DNA from: Cyanobacteriota bacterium
Lineage (GTDB): Bacteria > Cyanobacteriota > Vampirovibrionia > LMEP-6097
Reading direction: 5' to 3'
Assembly (NCBI GenBank): GCA_041170505.1
Contig: JBEAYS010000141.1
Span: 1-35,499, forward strand
Length of the DNA: 35,499 nt
Part shown: piece after piece, positions 18,901 to 26,630 of the stretch
Layout of the letters: every line of letters starts with the position of its first letter
Position numbering within the stretch: position 1 is the first letter of the stretch
The notes under the pieces: generated by a model
Database searches by the model: none
Seen by the model: only the letters and a program-made list of their open reading frames with translations
What the model was told of the DNA's origin: nothing
Translations under genes and position numbers: made by a program

Positions 18901-20187
18901 GTAAGTCAGCTTATAGAAGCTAATAAAAAAACTAATCAAACCAATCAAGTTAAATTTGATTTGGTGATTTTTGATGAAGCCTCACAAATCCGTACCGAAG
19001 ACGCTATCTGTGCGATTTATAGAGCAGATCAGTTGATTTTGGCTGGGGATTCTAATCAATTACCGCCGACTAATTTCTTCAACTACATTAGTGATGATGA
19101 TGATTTTGAGAATAATAATTTTGAGAGTGTGTTGGATGAATGTTCAGTATTCCTGAAGTCTCATACGCTAAATTGGCACTATCGTAGTAGGCATGAGGAT
19201 TTGATTAATTTTTCTAATGCTAATATCTATGACGGTCAGCTAATTACTTTCCCTTCTGCAATAGCTAAATCTGATAATTTTGGAGTAGATTTTGAATTTA
19301 TACCAGAAGGTTATTACGAACGGGGTTCTAGATTTAATCGTAAAGAAGCACAGCGAGTAGCAGAAGCTATTATGGAGCACTATACAAGTAATCCCCATCA
19401 ATCTCTTGGTGTAATTGCTTTTTCGGAAGCACAGCAATTCGCTATAGAGCGTGAGCTGGCTAAGATTCTTAGATCTTCGGCTGATAAAAATTATGAATTT
19501 TTGGATGAAGAAAAATCAGATTCGTTATTTATCAAAAACCTAGAGAATGTTCAAGGTGATGAAAGAGACTGTATATTTTTTAGTATTGGTTATGCTTATG
19601 ATAAGAAAGGCACTTTGTCACATAATTTTGGACCTTTAAATAGAGAAGGCGGACACAGAAGGTTAAATGTAGCTGTTACCAGAGCTCGTAATAAATTAAA
19701 AGTTTTTTCTTCTATTCATGCAAGCGATATTGATCTTAATAGAACTAGTGCTCAAGGTGCAATACTGCTAAAGAAATATCTAGCTTTTGCTGAAACTTGC
19801 TCAGGGTCTGCTGTTCAGCTAGATGATATAGAATTCAACCGCCAAGATCTTCCTAAGGAAATTTTACAAAAATCTCTTATCGAAGAATCTATAGCCAAGG
19901 CTCTTGAAAACTTGGGTTACCAAGTAGAGAGGTTCTTGGGTGCTTCAGATTATCGAATTGATCTGGCTGTAAGAAACCCAAAAAATTCTAATGAGTTTGT
20001 TTTAGGAATAGAAACAGACGGAGAGATGTATAGGTCTGCTAAGACTACTAGAGATAGAGAAAGATTACGCCGTGAAGTTTTAGAGTCCCTAGGCTGGAAA
20101 GTCCATAGAATTTGGGCTCGAGACTGGATTAGAAATCGTGACGATGAGCTTGATAAATTAAATCAAGCTATCCAAGCCATAAACTAA
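15991..20187 (+). CDS. DUF4011 + SF1 (Upf1/Dna2-like) helicase + C-terminal Vsr-like/MTES_1575 nuclease protein (Hhe-like)
   Basis: N-terminal WKKHLIDFSRRNQLL; helicase motifs QGPPGTGKS, FDEASQ, GDSNQLPP, HYRS, VQGDERD and RRLNVAVTRAR; C-terminal RIDLAV..GIETDG..RDR.R..VLESLGWKVHRIW. Confidence 0.88.
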   Translation: MTSPVLKPESPVKVQLEKWKKHLIDFSRRNQLLFFKARSSTTIFLKEKPQEIFQKLVIDSRSLGFQAQISTFNTSDFGEELPPGMDELGMDMADFGDFSDTAPLPVLAENMDLTNNLLTDKDSRDLEQSLSKLKTRSQASLQEQGVNILYLALFFLEWFPDEEIAKSPLLLIPVSLERKGLSGSFKLSLIDDEIRINPTLIYKLERDFGISSQSINEIEEKLSNIETQDDLTALIEEFSSLLKKDHPNWDIIESASLSLFSFAKLSLYRDIEENEELIVKHPVIKQISGEILETAELNQNIDFKYLIKADEIDIKIDPSESMQILSADSSQEEAIYSARAGASFVIQGPPGTGKSQTISNIIADALANNKKILFVSEKKSALDVVVNRLKKSKLDKFCLELHNSQQKKSDIVDNLRTTIEDIKNIASLAPREDYIESLIKVKSQIQKAIDELHKLRRPINMSLYEIYGKLACIQSELKDHHLNLEFTIPTIEAIDIKRLSEIDYLFKKIAVFSYIINNYDNFIWKNANIQNLSFDVENQIKSNFIEFKNVISKLSSYANPISERFFDKKVTNLSEFKWLAQASELAINSPFPKKDWFNNHNLQQVQNLTVSAKIEHEEYQSTKKQILTRYSEGFLELNHEELLNKFTKNFTGVFKFLNVDYWRTVNQIKKTALLNESRSLQVIINDLQQAVLLDKQADELNKDGAELTLVLGDFYKELDTDWNETITAIRWVQKVMAKFNTDVLPNALVDVISEVRAGEEFEQFKLQTKDLLGAYELVKYHLNFYYSVFPHPNLDIENLEFSEVIKHLEVLVTNIIQIEDWIEFRAVERSASELGMSQMLQALINSRISDLNEGVIKNIFSRKLYQLWIDKIELENLDIRKFSGSSQQILIDKFNELDQKIISRNNQEIAHRLALGWTEYATNPDNRIGMQFLNQEINKKKKHKPIRVMIQEIPELLQTLKPCWMMSPLSVSQLIEANKKTNQTNQVKFDLVIFDEASQIRTEDAICAIYRADQLILAGDSNQLPPTNFFNYISDDDDFENNNFESVLDECSVFLKSHTLNWHYRSRHEDLINFSNANIYDGQLITFPSAIAKSDNFGVDFEFIPEGYYERGSRFNRKEAQRVAEAIMEHYTSNPHQSLGVIAFSEAQQFAIERELAKILRSSADKNYEFLDEEKSDSLFIKNLENVQGDERDCIFFSIGYAYDKKGTLSHNFGPLNREGGHRRLNVAVTRARNKLKVFSSIHASDIDLNRTSAQGAILLKKYLAFAETCSGSAVQLDDIEFNRQDLPKEILQKSLIEESIAKALENLGYQVERFLGASDYRIDLAVRNPKNSNEFVLGIETDGEMYRSAKTTRDRERLRREVLESLGWKVHRIWARDWIRNRDDELDKLNQAIQAIN

Positions 20188-20949
20188 TTTATCTAATTCC
20201 ATTACTTTTTGACAAGCTAGTAAAATTCCAGGCATAAAGCTAGATCTATCTATACTATCGTGTCTAATAGTAAGAGTCTGACCTTGACCTCCAAAAATAA
20301 CTTCTTGGTGCGCGACTAGACCAGGCAAGCGCACGCTGTGAATGCGGGTGTTATAGGCTTTTTCACCGCGCGCTGGGTAGCCATCGTTTACATTGACGCT
20401 TGCTGACCCGCTTATATTTTTGGAAATCATTTGAGCTGTCTTGAGAGCGGTTCCAGAAGGAGCATCTGCTTTTTTATCATGGTGCATTTCTATAATTTCA
20501 AAATTTTTCATGTATTTAGCCGCGAGTGCAGAAAACTTCATCATCAAAATCGCTCCTATAGCAAAATTGGGGGCGATGAGGGCTCCTGTTTGGCTTTTAT
20601 TAGCTAGTGAGCTAAGCTCATTAATATCATCCTCGCTCAAGCCAGTCGCCCCAATTACCGGTCTAACACCGTTCCTTAAAGCCAGTTTAGAGTTTTCAAA
20701 AACGCTATCTGGTGTCGTTAGCTCCACTAAAATATCTGCGCCGAGATGAATCTGCTCTTCGAGGTTATCTGAGAGAGTTAGTTTGTGTTCGTTATAAAAC
20801 TCTTTTGTTTCTTTTGGAATATTACCAAGGTCGCGCACTACACCTGCAACTAGTTGAAAGCTATCAGAGTTCTGTAACAAGGTCTCGATAGCTGATTTTC
20901 CCATTTTTCCGAAAGCGCCAGCTACTATAACTCTTGGTTTATTTGACAT
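20158..20949 (-). CDS. dapB: 4-hydroxy-tetrahydrodipicolinate reductase
   Basis: GAFGKMG, VIGATG, APNFAIG, EMHHDKKADAPSGTA, HQEVIFG, IRHDSIDR. Confidence 0.97.
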   Translation of the reverse strand: MSNKPRVIVAGAFGKMGKSAIETLLQNSDSFQLVAGVVRDLGNIPKETKEFYNEHKLTLSDNLEEQIHLGADILVELTTPDSVFENSKLALRNGVRPVIGATGLSEDDINELSSLANKSQTGALIAPNFAIGAILMMKFSALAAKYMKNFEIIEMHHDKKADAPSGTALKTAQMISKNISGSASVNVNDGYPARGEKAYNTRIHSVRLPGLVAHQEVIFGGQGQTLTIRHDSIDRSSFMPGILLACQKVMELDKLVYGLDSLI

Positions 20950-20956
20950 AGATAAA

Positions 20957-21751
20957 TTATAACGCTTCTACAGTTTCTTTACCAACGATAACCTCGTTGG
21001 CTCCTAGAGATAGATCCACATAGGCAAGATGAGTACCCGATTTTTCAATTTCTCTAATTTTTTTTGCAACCAAATCAAGTTTTTCAATTTTTTCCATTAC
21101 TTTTTTATCAAAAATTCCAGCCTTAAATTCGAAATTCTGAGAATAGATATATAGATTATTATCGGAGTCAATCTTCATGCTAATTACACGTTCTTGAGGT
21201 CCAATTAATTTGAGGTCTAAATTGACATGATCACTAATAGCTTTTAATCTATTAAAATCTTTTTTTGAAACCAAGTTATAAGTTTTTAGTTCTATTAAGC
21301 TGGATTCCTGTTTTTCAAAATCCGCATATAGTTTTTCAACAGAAGGCGCATTAAACAACTTAGCTTCTGTTCTGGATTTAATTATTACCTCGCCTTCTTT
21401 GTTGATAATTTGATTACGGTAATAAGCCCAGGGGATTTCTTCTTGGATAAGAATTTTGATTTGTTTTTTGGGAAAGAGAGTGGGTCTTACAGTCGCTGAT
21501 CTAATTAGGGGCTGTTTTTCAAGTAGGTTATGAAGGTGCTGAGCGTTGATTAAATAAAAAGCTTTTTTATCCCAGTTTAACCTAGAGACAATATCTAAAA
21601 ATTCTTTTTTATCTATATTGTGAAGTCCCATAACTTGCATTATAGAAATCACTCTCAAGCTAGAATTAGTGAATCCCAAATAAGCAAGTGACCCAAAAAT
21701 CAAAAATAGAAAAATAAAGGCAATTTGTTTAAGAGTGTTACCAGAGCTCAT
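20957..21751 (-). CDS. FtsQ/DivIB-like cell division protein (TM + POTRA)
   Basis: N-terminal TM; ISIMQVMG; L..QPLIRSATV...FPKKQIKILIQEEIPWA (POTRA and start of the beta domain); C-terminal YVDL. Confidence 0.65.
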   Translation of the reverse strand: MSSGNTLKQIAFIFLFLIFGSLAYLGFTNSSLRVISIMQVMGLHNIDKKEFLDIVSRLNWDKKAFYLINAQHLHNLLEKQPLIRSATVRPTLFPKKQIKILIQEEIPWAYYRNQIINKEGEVIIKSRTEAKLFNAPSVEKLYADFEKQESSLIELKTYNLVSKKDFNRLKAISDHVNLDLKLIGPQERVISMKIDSDNNLYIYSQNFEFKAGIFDKKVMEKIEKLDLVAKKIREIEKSGTHLAYVDLSLGANEVIVGKETVEAL

Positions 21752-21754
21752 AGC

Positions 21755-22612
21755 TTATAAATTATAATAACCCATAAACACTAACTTAGCTTCACCAGTC
21801 ATAAAAACACTCTCAGTGACTGAATCCCAGCGAATAATTAATGGTCCGCCTGGAAGTTTTACGGTGATGTCTTGATCTTGATTATTGTAACCTTTTAGTA
21901 TAGATGCAACAGCAGTTGCACAAGCGCCGGTCCCGCAAGCGTTAGTAAATCCACAGCCTCGCTCCCAGACTATCAGATCAATAAGATTTTTATCGGCAAT
22001 CCTAGCAAATTCAACATTGGTTTTTTTAGGGAAATTAGAATGTACTTCTATCTCGGGTCCATAATTTTTTACAGAGCTGAGATCGTGCCCCCAAAAGCTT
22101 ACAGCGTGCGGGTTTCCCATTGATACAAAAGTGTAATTGAAATAAAAATCTTTTATCGTGAGTTCTTGATTTTCTAAAATCTCACGAGGCTTACCCATGT
22201 CGACTTTTACCATATCGTCTTTTTCAAGGCTGATAAATATGTCTCCAATGAGAGTCTCTATGCTGAATTTCGTTTCTTCAAAACTCAAGCCGTGTTCATA
22301 AATGTATTTAGCGGCGCATCGAATACCATTTCCGCACATTTCAGCAATAGTGCCATCAGAATTGTAGAAGCGCCAAGACTTGCACGCTGACTGTGATTGC
22401 TTGGGGTTGTCTATGATAATTAATCCATCAGCTCCTACACCAAAATGCCTATTGCATATTTTCAAGGCTAGTTCTGATTCGAATTCTTCATTGGAATCTT
22501 CAGGCAGGTGTAAATTATTAACTACAACAAAATCATTACCAAGCCCGTGCATCTTCTCAAATGGAAGCATGTAAGTGGTCGAGGTTTTGTATTTTTCTTC
22601 TGAAATGCTCAT
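21755..22612 (-). CDS. dapF: Diaminopimelate epimerase
   Basis: FEKMHGLGNDF, RHFGVGADG, NSDGT.AEMCGNGIRC, MGNPHAV, ERGCG.T.ACGTGACA. Confidence 0.97.
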   Translation of the reverse strand: MSISEEKYKTSTTYMLPFEKMHGLGNDFVVVNNLHLPEDSNEEFESELALKICNRHFGVGADGLIIIDNPKQSQSACKSWRFYNSDGTIAEMCGNGIRCAAKYIYEHGLSFEETKFSIETLIGDIFISLEKDDMVKVDMGKPREILENQELTIKDFYFNYTFVSMGNPHAVSFWGHDLSSVKNYGPEIEVHSNFPKKTNVEFARIADKNLIDLIVWERGCGFTNACGTGACATAVASILKGYNNQDQDITVKLPGGPLIIRWDSVTESVFMTGEAKLVFMGYYNL

Positions 22613-22706
22613 GGTTGATTTTTTTGCTCAAAATTTGTGCTTTATATAATAATAATAACCAAAGCCTTTTAGGATGTAAATATCATCAGTTGTAGAAAAG
22701 AAATTC

Positions 22707-23438
22707 TTAGCTAGATTTTTTAGCTAAAACTCCGCCTGTGCGCCTTCCACAGAGGGGTCCCTCTTGAATTGTACAGTTACTTGCAAGAAAGCCATCCTTA
22801 GCTAGTCTTGAGGAGCTATATGTCGAAATTAAAGCTCCTGGTTTAGCCTTATCAACAACGGATTTTATAAAACTTGCTTGCCAAAGCTCTGGGCAGACCT
22901 TGGGGCTGAAGGGATCAAAAAACACAGCATCGAAGGAATCATCTTCAAGCAGATCAATGCTACAGGAAGCATCTCCCATTATGATACTGAGATTAAAGTT
23001 TTTACCTTCAAGATTGTAGCAAGGATAAACGAATAACATTTCGGGATCATTAATGGAATTTACTTGATTGATTGAGTCGCGCAAGTCGCTTATTGACTGA
23101 GGTACAGCAAGTTGCCCGATTTTTTTTAAAATTTCAAAATCATTTTCAAGAGCAATAATATTAATTTTGACTTCTGGATTGACTTTGCGGGCTTCATCAA
23201 TAGCCACTAGTGTGTTATATCCAAGTCCAAAACAAAGATCTAAAATGTCGATTTGATTGGATTTCTGAGCAAGCTCTGTTATGTTACAAGCTTGAACGTG
23301 CTTCTCTAAAGCTTCTCTATAAGCCCCTACTTTGGAGTGATAAGCTTCTTGAAACTCTTCGTTCCAGTAGCTAGTGGTCCCATCTTCAGTTTGAAATATT
23401 TGATAATTCAATCTATTAATATTGTAATTCAAACTCAT
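22707..23438 (-). CDS. MnmC-type (MnmD) SAM-dependent tRNA methyltransferase domain, standalone
   Basis: TEDGTTS....F.EAYHS..GA..EA, LDLCFGLGYN, FFDPFSPKVCPELW. Confidence 0.85.
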   Translation of the reverse strand: MSLNYNINRLNYQIFQTEDGTTSYWNEEFQEAYHSKVGAYREALEKHVQACNITELAQKSNQIDILDLCFGLGYNTLVAIDEARKVNPEVKINIIALENDFEILKKIGQLAVPQSISDLRDSINQVNSINDPEMLFVYPCYNLEGKNFNLSIIMGDASCSIDLLEDDSFDAVFFDPFSPKVCPELWQASFIKSVVDKAKPGALISTYSSSRLAKDGFLASNCTIQEGPLCGRRTGGVLAKKSS

Positions 23439-23628
23439 TTGAAATTTCCTATTTCACAAAATTAGTGTAAATAATATAGGCCCTAAATAAGACTCAAATA
23501 ATCTCGATTTGATAGTGTATTCAGTAATCCATACAATCAGCTCATAGATGGAATTACCTAGAGTTTTATTCTCTAAAAATAAGGGAATAATAGTATTGTG
23601 AGCTTTTTTAGCTTGTTTGGAGTCGTGG

Positions 23629-24159
23629 ATGAAAAAATATTTTAGTAAAGTTTTAGTGATTATGATTTTGGCTCTAGGTGCTTTAGCTCCTGTTTCAGCT
23701 GAGTACGGTGATTATATCTACCGAGGTACGATTTTTACAAAATCAGATCGTGCTTATTTACTTAAAGATGAATCTGGCGTCTCAGTATTAATCGCTTATA
23801 GTTTTCCAGAATTGGTTGAAATCAAAAGAATCATATTACCCTCTGATTTAAGCTGGGCAACTTTGTTTGACCAGGGCTTAATAGTTAATACCTCTACTTA
23901 CGAAGACGCTCAAGTAGATAGAGTCGAAGATGGTAAGAAAAAATCTTTTTGGAAAACTACAGTTCAGACTCATTACGATACCTATGATCTAAATCTAAAC
24001 TTTAAATCAAGCATGGACTTGCAAGATGAGTATGAATATGAAATTTATGACTATGATGCTAAGTATTTAACTACTTCAAAAGCAATAAAGAAATCCAAAA
24101 AACAAAAATCCCAATGCACTTTTAGAAAGTTAAAAAACGGTAAGTTGCAAATGCTATAA
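23629..24159 (+). CDS. Secreted hypothetical protein
   Basis: SD GGAG at 23619-23622 before ATG 23629; Sec signal peptide MKKYFSKVLVIMILALGALAPVSA; no family recognised. Confidence 0.7.
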   Translation: MKKYFSKVLVIMILALGALAPVSAEYGDYIYRGTIFTKSDRAYLLKDESGVSVLIAYSFPELVEIKRIILPSDLSWATLFDQGLIVNTSTYEDAQVDRVEDGKKKSFWKTTVQTHYDTYDLNLNFKSSMDLQDEYEYEIYDYDAKYLTTSKAIKKSKKQKSQCTFRKLKNGKLQML

Positions 24160-24207
24160 CTGACGTAGCATAAGTATTTCAGCAAGATCTGCTAGAATAC
24201 TTTTTAA

Positions 24208-24960
24208 ATGAAGGTACAAGATTTACTTAGTCCAGAATTGTTTTTAAAAATCATAAAAAACCACCAAAAAGTTTTTTTTATTTTTGATTATGATGGTACT
24301 CTTGTCCCGCTTAATAAAGAGCACAATGAAGCTCTTTTGAACACTGAACAATTATCGATTTTAAATTGTTTAGCGACTACACCTGATACTAAAATTTCAA
24401 TTGTTACAGGACGTTCAATTGCAAATCTTAAAATGCTCTTAGAGGATAAGCTTCACGCCTCCGCAATCATTTATGGTAGTCATGGCGGGGAAAAAAACGA
24501 AGAGTGCCGCGAGTCAGATTACACCGAGCACTTAGAAAAAATTTATCAAGCTTTTGTTTCTGAGCCCTATATTGCCTGGGAAAGAAAACCTCTTTCGATT
24601 ACCTTGCATTATAAGGAGCATCCTGATCGTGATGAATTAAAATCTCGTTTGGATCAGGAAGCAGAAAAGCATACCCATTTATTTCGTGTTCAGACTGGTC
24701 ACGATGTTTATGAATTTCTTCCTAAAGATATTAACAAAGGTCTAGCGATTGAAGATATCAATAAATATTATCCAGATTATTATCTTGTGTTTTTTGGTGA
24801 TGATTTGACTGATAATTTTGGTTTTAAGGTAATAAATAAATTAAACGGTTTATCAATTCAAGTCTCAGACCGCATGAAAGAGCATGAAGCTGGGTATTTA
24901 ATTAATAGTGTTGCAGATACTTATATGTTGATGCAAAGCTATATGGATTATAAAAATTAA
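24208..24960 (+). CDS. otsB: Trehalose-6-phosphate phosphatase (HAD IIB)
   Basis: FDYDGTL, IVTGRS, GSHGGE, NKGLAI, FFGDDLTD..GF. Confidence 0.85.
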   Translation: MKVQDLLSPELFLKIIKNHQKVFFIFDYDGTLVPLNKEHNEALLNTEQLSILNCLATTPDTKISIVTGRSIANLKMLLEDKLHASAIIYGSHGGEKNEECRESDYTEHLEKIYQAFVSEPYIAWERKPLSITLHYKEHPDRDELKSRLDQEAEKHTHLFRVQTGHDVYEFLPKDINKGLAIEDINKYYPDYYLVFFGDDLTDNFGFKVINKLNGLSIQVSDRMKEHEAGYLINSVADTYMLMQSYMDYKN

Positions 24961-24962
24961 TT

Positions 24963-26570
24963 ATGAGCATTCCAGTTAAAGAACAATCGGCCTACCAACT
25001 TTTACAACGCAATCAGGTCTCGTTAAAAGACGCACTGCAATTGCTTGTCAATCAAAATAGAGAGCTCAACCCGATATATTTAGATAAATCTTTAATCGCT
25101 TCAATGAAATCAGATTGGCCAAAAGACACAGCGATTCCTTTGCTTTTCGCTCAGAATCAGCTTTTCGTGGCTTGTTGTGAAACAGCTCCTCAGGATATTG
25201 TCGAATCTTTAAAGCCCCTCGTGCCTAATACTGATATAAAAGTTATTCGTATAAATCAGCGAAGCTGGAGTTTTATTAAATCAGGTGCTAAACCAAGTAG
25301 CTCTGAAAATCATAAGCCGACAGCTCAGCTTGGAGCGGATTTAGTAGCTTCGATTCAAAAAATTCAATCTAGAAGTATAAATGCTAATGACGAAAACTCA
25401 ATCGGTAACGAGGTTCGCTGGGTTTTACAGGAGGCTTCTAAGCGAGGTGCGTCTGATATCCATTTTGAGCCCTGTGAGTATGATCTCATTGTAAGATTTA
25501 GAATTGATGGTGTCCTAAATGATGTATGCCGTTACAAATGTGATGCACAGAATGATTACAGAAAAATTATTTTAGCGAGAATAAAAATTATTGCTGATCT
25601 TAATATCGCAGAGTCACGTGTTCCGCAAGATGGAAGGGTAACGGAGCTTATAAACAATTCTAAGCTAGATTTGCGTGTTTCGACACTGCCGACTCTTTAC
25701 GGTGAGAAGTGTGTCATTCGTCTTTTGCCGCATGAAAATTCTTTTTTGGAATTATCAAGTCTCGGAATGCCAAATGATATTATCCCGCTCTATGAATCTT
25801 GGCTGAGTATGTCTCAGGGAATGGTTTTGATAACGGGTCCGACCGGGTCTGGTAAGACAAGTACTTTATATACTAGTTTAGCTAAACTAATTGATGTCAC
25901 CAAAAATGTGGTTACAGTCGAAGATCCTGTGGAGTTCCAGTTAGCAAGGGTAAATCAAGTCCAAGTTAATACTAAAGCTGGTTTGACTTTTTCTGCTGGT
26001 CTTAGAAGTATTCTCAGACAAGATCCGGATATCGTTATGATCGGTGAGATTAGGGACTTGGAAACGGCAGAGATTGCAATTAAAGCCGCGCTTACCGGGC
26101 ACTTGGTTTTGAGTACTTTGCACACCAATGATGCTCCAAGCACTATAACTCGATTAGTAGATATGGGTATACCTCCTTATTTGGTTAGTAGTGCACTTGT
26201 CGGAGTTGTCGCTCAGCGACTTTTAAGAAGAGTTTGTAAATATTGTAGGGAACAGCATTCAGCTAGTCCTGAGGAAATGAGCTTACTTGGATTGGATCCG
26301 AACCAAGCTCCTGTTACACTTGTAAGAGCCAAGGGTTGCCAAAACTGTAATAATACTGGATACTCAGGGAGGGAAGGTATTTTTGAGCTTATGCCGCTTA
26401 CCGAAGAAATGAAAGAAGTGGTGGCTCGAGGTGCTGGTATCGAAGATCTCAAAAAAGCAATGCGAGATTTAAAAATGCCGACACTTTTTTCTGCCGCTTG
26501 CAAAAAAATACTTGAACAAAAAACAACAGTAGAGGAATTAATGCGTGTTGTTCCTCCTTCTGCAAAATAA
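24963..26570 (+). CDS. GspE/PilB-family type IV pilus / T2SS assembly ATPase
   Basis: ASDIHFEP, RFRIDGVL, PQDGR, GPTGSGKTSTLY, TVEDPVE, LRQDPDIVMIGEIRD, TGHLVLSTLHTN; tetracysteine Zn motif. Confidence 0.95.
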   Translation: MSIPVKEQSAYQLLQRNQVSLKDALQLLVNQNRELNPIYLDKSLIASMKSDWPKDTAIPLLFAQNQLFVACCETAPQDIVESLKPLVPNTDIKVIRINQRSWSFIKSGAKPSSSENHKPTAQLGADLVASIQKIQSRSINANDENSIGNEVRWVLQEASKRGASDIHFEPCEYDLIVRFRIDGVLNDVCRYKCDAQNDYRKIILARIKIIADLNIAESRVPQDGRVTELINNSKLDLRVSTLPTLYGEKCVIRLLPHENSFLELSSLGMPNDIIPLYESWLSMSQGMVLITGPTGSGKTSTLYTSLAKLIDVTKNVVTVEDPVEFQLARVNQVQVNTKAGLTFSAGLRSILRQDPDIVMIGEIRDLETAEIAIKAALTGHLVLSTLHTNDAPSTITRLVDMGIPPYLVSSALVGVVAQRLLRRVCKYCREQHSASPEEMSLLGLDPNQAPVTLVRAKGCQNCNNTGYSGREGIFELMPLTEEMKEVVARGAGIEDLKKAMRDLKMPTLFSAACKKILEQKTTVEELMRVVPPSAK

Positions 26571-26630
26571 ACCATATAGAAGTCAATATCTATGCGGTTT
26601 ACGAGGCTTGAAGAGCCTCTTTATTAGCAC

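Noticed and set aside
15991-20187. Helicase region as a genomic island or prophage
   Set aside because: No integrase, tRNA, flanking direct repeats or obvious compositional shift; both neighbours are core genes.
23539-23610. Possible hairpin/attenuator (AGCTCAT...GTGAGCT plus T-run; inner TTATTCTCT/AGGGAATAA) upstream of the secreted protein
   Set aside because: The helices are short, AU-rich and depend on G-U pairs; not distinguishable from chance by eye.
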